Assembly: GCA_964353675.1 (NCBI GenBank)
Contig: CAYGXH010000001.1
Location: 1 to 41,850, forward strand
Source: an uncultured Chlorobiaceae bacterium
Lineage (GTDB): Bacteria > Bacteroidota > Ignavibacteria > UBA10030 > SZUA-254
Length of the DNA: 41,850 nucleotides
Direction: 5' to 3'
The position numbers were made by a program, and so were the translations under genes. This document shows, piece by piece, positions 34,781 through 41,850 of the stretch; the first letter of the stretch is position 1; the number at the start of each line of letters is the position of its first letter. Under the pieces are notes generated by a model, which was given only the letters and a program-made list of their open reading frames with translations, did not search any database and was not told where the DNA came from.

Positions 34781-35808
34781 TTTAGTATTGCTCCTAAGCT
34801 GATACGCTGTACATTCCCCAAATAGGTACCGATTGACCCATAACTATAGTCCAGCAACAGATCGACAGTTCCGACTGATTGTCTGATCCCGGCGCCGAGA
34901 GTGAGTCCTTCGTAATCGTAATTAAACTTATAACCGCACCGCAGTGAGAATGAGTGCATAAACTCATATTCGACTCCGAGGTGTGCCTGCTGGGTATAGT
35001 CGTTCGGCTGGAAAAGGTCAAAAGCTACGCCTAAACGGTTTTTCTCCTGATTATAAAGCAGGGCATCCGCTCCGATGACATTCGCCGCGATGCCGAACCT
35101 GAAGAGGAGCGGGACCGGATTTGACTCCTTAGCATATTTCACATTTGCGCCGAAGTTTTGTACCGAGGCAGCAATCTGAATTGACCGATATCCGGTATGG
35201 TATCTGACACCAAAATCAAACAGAATTCCATCCGCCCATGTATGGACGTTCTGATAGTTATCCTGACTGACCATAGCCAGTGCAGTCTGGCCGCCGAACA
35301 ACGATTCGTGTACATACTTGAGGCTGATGCCGGTTGAGAACTTATCGGTCAGACTTCGTGCATACGAAAGTCCAATGAGATAACTGAATGGATGAAATGT
35401 CCTGCCCGTCATACCGGGTGCATCCGGATCCTTGATGTACGGGGCCGCAACACTCGTTTCCTCAAATTCTCCGAAATCAACATATTGTATTTGAAGTCCT
35501 ACTGCGCCGAATCCGCTGAGCGGAAGAGCGTAACCCAGCGCTCCTTGCTGAGTATCGAAAATCCAGTTGATATATGTAGACGTCAGTTCATGGTTCTCGA
35601 TGATCGCGAGTCCGCCGGGATTCCAGAAGAGAGCTTCGGCACCTGATGCCCAGGCGGAGTATGCATCGCCTAATGCCGCACCTCGAGCGCAAGGCATCAC
35701 ATGCAGGAACTGCATTGAAGTGCTTCCCACCTTCTGGGCAACCACACCCGATGAAAAAGCACACATCGCAGCGAGTGTCAAAACAATTTTATACATGTTA
35801 TTCATCAC
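34777..35808 (-). CDS. PorV/PorQ-family outer-membrane beta-barrel protein
   Basis: Signal peptide MYKIVLTLAAMCAFSSGVVAQ. GSTSMQFLHVMPCARGAALGDAYSAWASGAEALFWNPGGLA matches the conserved N-terminal block of PorV/PorQ (UPF0164-like) barrels. About 340 aa with a beta-strand periodicity. Confidence 0.6.
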   Translation of the reverse strand: MMNNMYKIVLTLAAMCAFSSGVVAQKVGSTSMQFLHVMPCARGAALGDAYSAWASGAEALFWNPGGLAIIENHELTSTYINWIFDTQQGALGYALPLSGFGAVGLQIQYVDFGEFEETSVAAPYIKDPDAPGMTGRTFHPFSYLIGLSYARSLTDKFSTGISLKYVHESLFGGQTALAMVSQDNYQNVHTWADGILFDFGVRYHTGYRSIQIAASVQNFGANVKYAKESNPVPLLFRFGIAANVIGADALLYNQEKNRLGVAFDLFQPNDYTQQAHLGVEYEFMHSFSLRCGYKFNYDYEGLTLGAGIRQSVGTVDLLLDYSYGSIGTYLGNVQRISLGAILK

Positions 35809-35823
35809 CTCTTTGCCCTTCGT

Positions 35824-38061
35824 TCAATGTATAATGACAAACTTGCCATGCGTCCTGGCACCGCTTTGATCCTCAACGACAAAGAAATACACTCCGGAGG
35901 CGAGGATCTGATTATTCCTCGAAACTTGATACCATGGATTGTTAATAGCATCTACATCATGTTTGATGGTCTGTATGAGCTGACCGCTGTAGGAAAATAT
36001 TCTTATGGTGCAATGTTCGGTCAGTCCGTAGAATTGTAATCTGTCCGTTACCTCACCGTTTGGATCACTACCGGTCAGGCTATTGGTTACAACCAGCGGA
36101 TTAGGGACCACGTACACCTTCCCCAGTGTTGCTACGGCCGGCGCCTGTGTTTCATGGGGAGTTATATTTGTCATTCCGCTTTTTCCTCCCAGTGAATCCA
36201 CAGAAACAACTGCATAGTAGCAATAATCACCGATGTTGCTTGAAGTATCAAGCAGAACATAGACAGAATCGAAAAAGTAACGTGGATCCCTCCTTGCCAC
36301 GCTGTCCATAAGTGTCCAGGGTCCGAGCGGATGTGTTGCCCGCAATGCCCGATAATATTGGAATAGCCCATGGAGTCTTGGAGCATTGAATTCCTCAACC
36401 TGCGGTCCCCACGTAATCTTGTTTACGGCTGCACGAGTGTTTTCGACCGTGATAACGGGCGCGGGGCATGGTATGCTGGTGGTGTTATATGCTCCTAATG
36501 GTTTTAATGGATCTAATACGTCAGGTCGGGAATTACGGGGTTCGTACTGCATAGTATCATATTTTATAAGATCCCTTCCGGTGAACATTTCAATCGCCCG
36601 GTCTGCCACATCACGAATTGATACTACTTTTGGATCAACATACCATGGCAACGGATGCGTTTGGAGGTAATTGCTTCCTATCACCGCCGGTGTCCCGACG
36701 TATGGGTATGTCAGCTCCTGATACCAGCTTGGGATAGGATGAAGATATGGCTCGGGTTCTCCACGGAGACCTCCTCCAAGGTCCATATAGATACTATCGC
36801 TTGCCACACCGGGTCCGTAACCCACAACTTCGGCAACGACGAAGCACATCTTTTCCTGGGGTGGAAGTGTGTACGGCCCGAAACCATACCCACGGCATGC
36901 GGGCTGACTCCATCCGAGAGTCTGAGACGGTTTCGCGCGCCCGAACCAATAGTAATGATCACCGAAAAAGTAGAGGGAATCATTCTGTGATTTAAAAACA
37001 CTGCTCTTCCGGCTTAGTGGATCGAGCCAGGTTTGCAGTTTTGTTGGATAGAGGTTGCCGTTCTCATACCGATTAAGATAGGGTTGCTTGATTTTATTGT
37101 TTTCATCCCATACGAAATTTGTATCGGACGGACTCACATAAATGCCGGTTTTTCCTTTAACTGCAAGATGGTCATAATCGTAATACAGCATAATGAGTCC
37201 GGCTGCCTGAGGAGAATTGAGACCGCCTCTATCACTGGGTCTTGACCATACATCAAAGAATACCGAGTCGGGTTTTCCGATCCGGTCGTGATTATAGGAC
37301 ATGTATCGTTTGAAGTCGTACCTCGCGAACTGATCTGCCTGGCGCGTATCGGCTTCCGCCCACCTGTTGTACTTTCGCTCATACCCGAACATCGACGTAC
37401 AGAATCCATATCCCCACGCGACAAAAGCATCAGCAATAGTGTCTGATGTGCTGTTCTCCAATTCATATTCGTATATGATATGGCTGTCGTATCCCGGATA
37501 ACTCCAGGCACGACTCGTCCGCGTGACTACAATGCCGAGCGGTGTACCCCATTTCGCTTTGATTTTCTCTTCCGCTTCATCCGGATCAAAATCCGGATTC
37601 AGGGCGCCATCGGACAGCACTGGATAATTTTCGATCCGATCTATGGATATCGGATTGCTGTAGACATTTTCTACCTGAGTCGCGTTTCCGTTATTATCCG
37701 ATACGGCGCCGCAATACACGTACTGCCTGATGCCTGCCTTTGTGCCGCCGATATACAAACCCCCTCCGAAAGAATTATGCTGTCCCGCATATTCCTTTCT
37801 GTCAATGATTAGGTACGAATTGGGGGGCCATTCCATCGAAGGATATCCTACCAGCATACCGGCCGTTCCGTTATCATACGTTCTTCCCAGTTCGCCTGTA
37901 TTATAGACAGTCTGGTGAAGCATACCACGTGTATGAATTTTGAACTCGCGGAGTTGCGCGGATACGACCGAAATATAAAGCGCAGAGAGAAGTACTACCC
38001 ATGCGATATGTTTGATTTTTATCTTATGCATATCATTAAATCCCTTAGAATTCGACCACAA
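35824..38061 (-). CDS. 745-aa secreted protein of unknown function with a divergent sorting-domain-like C-terminal beta-sandwich
   Basis: Probable start ATG 38031 (MHKIKIKHIAWVVLLSALYISVVSAQ), with AAGGGA upstream. No lipobox Cys and no recognised catalytic or SusD-like motifs. The tail is VYVVPNPLVV...CTIRIFSYSGQLI...GVYFFVVEDQSGARTHGKFVIIH. Confidence 0.75.
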   Translation of the reverse strand: MWSNSKGFNDMHKIKIKHIAWVVLLSALYISVVSAQLREFKIHTRGMLHQTVYNTGELGRTYDNGTAGMLVGYPSMEWPPNSYLIIDRKEYAGQHNSFGGGLYIGGTKAGIRQYVYCGAVSDNNGNATQVENVYSNPISIDRIENYPVLSDGALNPDFDPDEAEEKIKAKWGTPLGIVVTRTSRAWSYPGYDSHIIYEYELENSTSDTIADAFVAWGYGFCTSMFGYERKYNRWAEADTRQADQFARYDFKRYMSYNHDRIGKPDSVFFDVWSRPSDRGGLNSPQAAGLIMLYYDYDHLAVKGKTGIYVSPSDTNFVWDENNKIKQPYLNRYENGNLYPTKLQTWLDPLSRKSSVFKSQNDSLYFFGDHYYWFGRAKPSQTLGWSQPACRGYGFGPYTLPPQEKMCFVVAEVVGYGPGVASDSIYMDLGGGLRGEPEPYLHPIPSWYQELTYPYVGTPAVIGSNYLQTHPLPWYVDPKVVSIRDVADRAIEMFTGRDLIKYDTMQYEPRNSRPDVLDPLKPLGAYNTTSIPCPAPVITVENTRAAVNKITWGPQVEEFNAPRLHGLFQYYRALRATHPLGPWTLMDSVARRDPRYFFDSVYVLLDTSSNIGDYCYYAVVSVDSLGGKSGMTNITPHETQAPAVATLGKVYVVPNPLVVTNSLTGSDPNGEVTDRLQFYGLTEHCTIRIFSYSGQLIQTIKHDVDAINNPWYQVSRNNQILASGVYFFVVEDQSGARTHGKFVIIH

Positions 38062-41044
38062 AACCTAGATTGAACGAGCGTGGAGCGTTATCGTAAATCA
38101 AAAACGACTGATCAACCGCGAACGCCTGGGACGGAATATTTGTATCCTGCCAATACAGTATTCCATTCTGCGGATTATCGATTGCATAATCCTCGTAAAA
38201 CTTGATCCGGTTATTCGTCGATCCCGCATCCGGCGTTGAGAAGATGTAATCATAATTGAGGATTTTATTGTCGAAAAGGTTGAACACCTCAAGGTAAACA
38301 AAAGCGCTCGTGCCGAAGAAGTTTGGAATCTTCTTGATAATTTTCGCATTCGTGGTGTATTCGGCGGGCGTCCGGGCGCCGTTTATGAGCTTCGTATTTC
38401 TTGATGAGGTATAAGGACGACCGCTCTTGAAAAATGAACTGATAGATATAGTCATATTTGTGAATGGTTCCATCTCTCCTTCATTTCCTGATTCAAAAGC
38501 GAGATTAAGTATTAAGTTATGCGTACGATCGAAGTTGAGCAATATATCTCTGACAGGCACTTTATCCAGTTTAGTGATTACTTCCCCGGTGAGCGGATCT
38601 TTGATGAAGGTCGGGGGAGCATTTGAAGTTGTCGCGCTCTTGCCTGTCGCGACGCTGAACTGATAGTTTGCCGATCCGGTAAATGGACCACGTTTTTTTG
38701 TAAGGGCGATCCGGAATCCGCGTATGTCGGCGTAATCCCTGTTGAAGTAAGTTTCATAGGATTGATCGGAAGTAAAGATCGCCATTTCAACCAGATTCTT
38801 GACATCCTTATAATATCCGCTTATATCGAGAGTGAATCCTTCACCCAACCCCTGCATGACACCTATGTCGTAGCTGTTTGTTGTTTCAGGTTTCAGCGTA
38901 GGGTTGCCGAGGCGTATCGGTCTTAATACCGCCTGCTGCACGCGCGATGAAATAATGTATTGAAAAGAAGGTCTTTGCATAAACGCGCCGTAGTTAAGGT
39001 GGAAAACGGTAGATGTGGAAACAGGAAACGATACGCCAACACGCGGTTGGAGGCGGCCGAGTATTGGAGCCTTTTCCCGCGAGGCAGCATCCGGGTCATT
39101 CGAAGGATTTCCGAGAGAATCAACTATACGGTAAGGATTAAACAGATCGGTGTAGTAATCGCTTTGCGAGCTCCAGATATCCATTCTTAAGCCGACATTC
39201 GCTATCATTCCCTTGAATTCCATTTTATCCTGCGCGTAGAAAGCAGCTTCAAACGGATTAGCCTCGTAAAGTTCGACCGCCCCGCCCGCGCCATCGCGGA
39301 CGCTAAGGTAATTAGAGACATCGATGCCATAGGAATTGAACTGAAAACCGCCGTTAAGCAGATGCGATTTCGTTACCTGGCTTGTTATGGATGCATCGGC
39401 GGATATCGTGCGCGTCAGCTCGTCCCTGAAAACATCATCGCCTCTGAGGTAATAAAATTCGTCAGGGGAGCGGACGGTCTGCGGTATGATTTTATCCCAG
39501 TCGATCTGGTAATTCAGATCGTTAACGATTAAGGAATCTGCGACAGAGGACGGTGATGGGGTTGATCCCACTTTCCTCTTCGTCCACAGAGAATTCAGTT
39601 TGATTTCATAAAAGGTACTTGGACTCAGCGTATGGGAAAAACGCGCGCCGAGCTGGAGGTTGGTTCTCTTCTGATAATTTATAGCCGTAATTCTGTCCCA
39701 GAGCCAATTGTAGTATCCAAGACTGCTCGAACTTGGGAACACACTGCTGTTGTCCTCCGTGAATCCTCCGCTGATCCGCAGCGATGCACCCCTTCCGATA
39801 TCAGTGGCAATATTACTCATAACCTGATACTGTATATCTGGCAATTCAGTGGGAAATACCGGCCAGACGATATTCCGCCTCAGCGCGAGGAACATCCGTA
39901 TGTTTTCATCTATTGGTCCGCCCGTCGAAGCTTCAATGGAATAATCGACATCTTTTCCGTAATCACGGTACAGATCCCTCCGCATCTGCATCCGCCAGAG
40001 AGTTCGTGCTACCTGAAGCTGAACGAGCGTATCTCCGCCATAACGATCCTTCAGTCCGGAACCCATCGATGTGTAGTAGGGCGTGTTCGTTTGCGGATCT
40101 CCAAGCAGCCAGGTATTCGTTTCAAGCAACAATTTAAGATATGGATTCGAGTGCGGGACATAGACGCTGTCGCCTATCATGTAGGGGTTCTTGCCCGGAT
40201 CATAAACACTGGACCCGAAGTGTTTGCGTCCCGGTGCACGCATACGGGTCTCGACTTTCGTTCTCCATCTATCGGACTTTCCTTCTTTCATCGAGATGTT
40301 CACAACTCCCGATTGCGCGTTACCGTACTGAGCACCGAAGCCACTCGTTATGACCTCAACTTCCTCTACCGCGCTCATTATAGGCATGAATGCGGTTGCG
40401 TTGTTGAGGGGATTGACTATGCCCATGCCCTGCAAAGTATAAAATTCTTCGCCGGTGCGTCCTCCTCTGAAATGGCCGTCGGTAATGTCGGCAGCAAGCT
40501 GGAGAACGTCACCCACATCCCTTACGCCGGCGACGGATGTGATCTCCTCGGGACGGATTATCGCACTGGTAGAAGTTTTTTCAGGCTCGACATCCGGACG
40601 GATTGCTTGAATAATCACTTCCTGCTGAATCAATGCTTCTGAGGACAAACGAAACTCTATTGGGGTTGTTCGTCCGCTATTGATAATGACATCACGCTGC
40701 ACTGTTCGCTGATACCCAATTATTGAAGCTTGAATGTCATATTTACCTGGAGGAATATTCAAAATAAAAAACGTTCCCTCCAGATCGGTTGAAGCTCCAA
40801 TCGTCGTACCGATTATTGTAATATTGCACCCGACCAGCGGTTCGCCCGACTCAGCATCTTTCACCACGCCAGACAATTTTCCAACATTCTGAGCAGGGAG
40901 CGAAACGACAGTGATAAGGATAAGTATGGCAAGGAGGAAAAGATTCCGCGCACTCTGCCTGCCTGGGGAGCGCTTTACAGCATTCCCACAGGATGCATAC
41001 AACCTACGGATGCAGGGCACTGGTAAAAATGTATCAAAATACAT
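38045..41044 (-). CDS. TonB-dependent outer-membrane receptor with N-terminal carboxypeptidase-regulatory-like domain (non-SusC type)
   Basis: GKLSGVVKDAESGEPLVGCNITIIGTTIGASTDLEGTFFILNIPPGKYDIQASIIGY (CarboxypepD_reg-like). Plug region FRGGRTGEEFYTLQGMGIVNP. A long beta-barrel ends with the C-terminal aromatic motif ...FNLGFVVEF. Confidence 0.85.
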   Translation of the reverse strand: MYFDTFLPVPCIRRLYASCGNAVKRSPGRQSARNLFLLAILILITVVSLPAQNVGKLSGVVKDAESGEPLVGCNITIIGTTIGASTDLEGTFFILNIPPGKYDIQASIIGYQRTVQRDVIINSGRTTPIEFRLSSEALIQQEVIIQAIRPDVEPEKTSTSAIIRPEEITSVAGVRDVGDVLQLAADITDGHFRGGRTGEEFYTLQGMGIVNPLNNATAFMPIMSAVEEVEVITSGFGAQYGNAQSGVVNISMKEGKSDRWRTKVETRMRAPGRKHFGSSVYDPGKNPYMIGDSVYVPHSNPYLKLLLETNTWLLGDPQTNTPYYTSMGSGLKDRYGGDTLVQLQVARTLWRMQMRRDLYRDYGKDVDYSIEASTGGPIDENIRMFLALRRNIVWPVFPTELPDIQYQVMSNIATDIGRGASLRISGGFTEDNSSVFPSSSSLGYYNWLWDRITAINYQKRTNLQLGARFSHTLSPSTFYEIKLNSLWTKRKVGSTPSPSSVADSLIVNDLNYQIDWDKIIPQTVRSPDEFYYLRGDDVFRDELTRTISADASITSQVTKSHLLNGGFQFNSYGIDVSNYLSVRDGAGGAVELYEANPFEAAFYAQDKMEFKGMIANVGLRMDIWSSQSDYYTDLFNPYRIVDSLGNPSNDPDAASREKAPILGRLQPRVGVSFPVSTSTVFHLNYGAFMQRPSFQYIISSRVQQAVLRPIRLGNPTLKPETTNSYDIGVMQGLGEGFTLDISGYYKDVKNLVEMAIFTSDQSYETYFNRDYADIRGFRIALTKKRGPFTGSANYQFSVATGKSATTSNAPPTFIKDPLTGEVITKLDKVPVRDILLNFDRTHNLILNLAFESGNEGEMEPFTNMTISISSFFKSGRPYTSSRNTKLINGARTPAEYTTNAKIIKKIPNFFGTSAFVYLEVFNLFDNKILNYDYIFSTPDAGSTNNRIKFYEDYAIDNPQNGILYWQDTNIPSQAFAVDQSFLIYDNAPRSFNLGFVVEF

Positions 41045-41102
41045 GTAGGCTCCTGATAATTAAACTATTAATAATCATTTCACGGCTAGATGCACTTAAA
41101 AC

Positions 41103-41850
41103 CTACTTCAGGTATAACATCTTTCTTGTTTCCATTCCTCTGTCGGTCAATAGCCGTGAAACGTACAGACCCGAACTCAGATTTGCTGCATTAAAAGTAA
41201 CCCGGTGAATTCCCGCATCGACAATGTCGTTCATGAGCGTTGTAATATATGCTCCGGCGATAGAATATACTTCCAACTTCACCATGCTCCGATACGGTAC
41301 TTCAAACTCGATTTCCGTGACAGGATTAAACGGATTTGGGTAATTGGATCGTATACGGTAGTTTACAATCTCTGTCACATTAATTTCATCAACATGGGTC
41401 GGATATTGTGGAACGAGACTGTTCAAATAATGCTCCAGGTTGGAATATCCGTCTGGATTGATAAAAGCTCCATCTGATGTATCAGCCGGATTTAAACTGT
41501 GTAAAATTTCCCAATCATCCGGTATTCCATCGTGGTCAGTATCCGCAGGCGGTTCTGCCGAATTTAATACGTGCCACCCTCCGACGTCATTCTGGGAGTC
41601 GATGATACCCGAATTCGCGCCAGTTAGACCTCCATACAGCGCCGTATCATTCTTAACTTCCCACACAATTCGCAGATCGACAGAGTCGCGCTTCGGCAGT
41701 GATGCGCCGCCGTGTTCGAGGACGGAGATGTATGCTTCTTCAGGTGACTGCTGAGTGATAGGTGCGAATTGAAACGGCTCATTGACACGGATGGTATCCT
41801 TGACAGCTTGTGTTGGTCCCTGCACGCCGTACGTCCAGTTATCAGCGGTC
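41103..41850 (-). CDS. C-terminal part of a secreted pectate-lyase-like protein (5' end outside window), T9SS cargo
   Basis: The frame stays open to the window edge (…TADNWTYGVQGPTQAV…). The GTG at 41825 in the track is internal. RDSVDLRIVWEVKN, IIDSQNDVGGW and the calcium-binding-like DTDHDGIPDDWE...NPADTSD...GYSNLEHYLNSL tail are typical of Bacteroidota PL1 lyase C-termini. The NYPNPFNPVT sorting domain follows. Confidence 0.6.
   Translation of the reverse strand, partial: TADNWTYGVQGPTQAVKDTIRVNEPFQFAPITQQSPEEAYISVLEHGGASLPKRDSVDLRIVWEVKNDTALYGGLTGANSGIIDSQNDVGGWHVLNSAEPPADTDHDGIPDDWEILHSLNPADTSDGAFINPDGYSNLEHYLNSLVPQYPTHVDEINVTEIVNYRIRSNYPNPFNPVTEIEFEVPYRSMVKLEVYSIAGAYITTLMNDIVDAGIHRVTFNAANLSSGLYVSRLLTDRGMETRKMLYLK
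41106..41345 (-). other. T9SS C-terminal sorting domain (type A)
   Basis: NYPNPFNPVTEIEFEVPYRSMVKLEVYSIAGAYI...GLYVSRLLTDRGMETRKMLYLK. Confidence 0.85.

Noticed and set aside
39632-40642. 336-aa plus-strand ORF, the longest plus-strand ORF in the window
   Set aside because: It lies entirely inside the TonB-dependent receptor gene on the opposite strand. The translation is Arg/Ser/Ile-rich and lacks any family signature or RBS context.
15965-41345. Dispersed motif of about 25 nt, ggattgaacggattcgggtaattctg, recurring at about 15965, 21668, 26440, 31804 and 41319, which at first looked like a REP/MITE-type repeat
   Set aside because: Every copy is in frame within a long ORF and encodes NYPNPFNP, the signature of the T9SS sorting domain. 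The conservation is at the protein level and the element is not mobile or extragenic.
41823-41825. GTG given by the ORF track as the start of the rightmost gene
   Set aside because: The reading frame stays open to the window edge (TADNWTYG precedes it). The encoded region is the C-terminal part of a larger lyase-like protein, so this is an internal Val codon.
1-41850. Looked for mobile elements, integrases/transposases, CRISPR arrays, tRNA/rRNA genes and toxin-antitoxin or defence-type gene pairs
   Set aside because: No ORF shows transposase, integrase or nuclease motifs. There are no regularly spaced short repeats. No intergenic gap is long enough or has cloverleaf-like complementarity for a tRNA. 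The only long repeat is the in-frame module shared by two cargo genes.

Overview
Every gene I can support in this 41.85-kb window is on the minus strand. Together they form one tightly packed pectin / hexuronate utilisation super-locus. Five proteins carry NYPNPFNP(S/T)T-type T9SS C-terminal sorting domains and no SusD-like gene is present. That suggests a non-Bacteroides FCB-group bacterium, possibly Ignavibacteriota-like, but this is inference only.

Gene order from high to low coordinate:
- Uptake end: tail of a PL1-like lyase (partial), TonB-dependent receptor, 745-aa unknown secreted protein, PorV/PorQ-like barrel, second barrel, 530-aa unknown T9SS cargo.
- Degradation block: GH105, LacI regulator, 940-aa unknown T9SS cargo, 1549-aa multimodular PL1 pectate lyase, GH28, divergent CE8, PL9-like beta-helix protein.
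- Cytoplasmic block: ExuT, UxuB-type SDR, Gnd, PdxB, LarA-like Ni-pincer epimerase homologue, two PfkB kinases, UxaC, UxaE.
- Low-coordinate end: CE12, GH43, DUF4861, KduD (partial, missing from the ORF track).

Three candidates look new:
1. A hexuronate operon shows no dehydratase or aldolase in the window. It carries LarA-like + Gnd + PdxB + two PfkB kinases instead, which could shunt galacturonate to the pentose-phosphate pathway.
2. A SusD-less TonB-receptor module is coupled to PorV-like barrels and T9SS cargo.
3. An unnamed, internally duplicated GWNM...GYW(L/V)K domain sits before a poly-Pro linker and the sorting domain on three different proteins.

I found no rRNA, tRNA, CRISPR array or mobile element. 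All family assignments come from motif recognition by eye; no database search was run.
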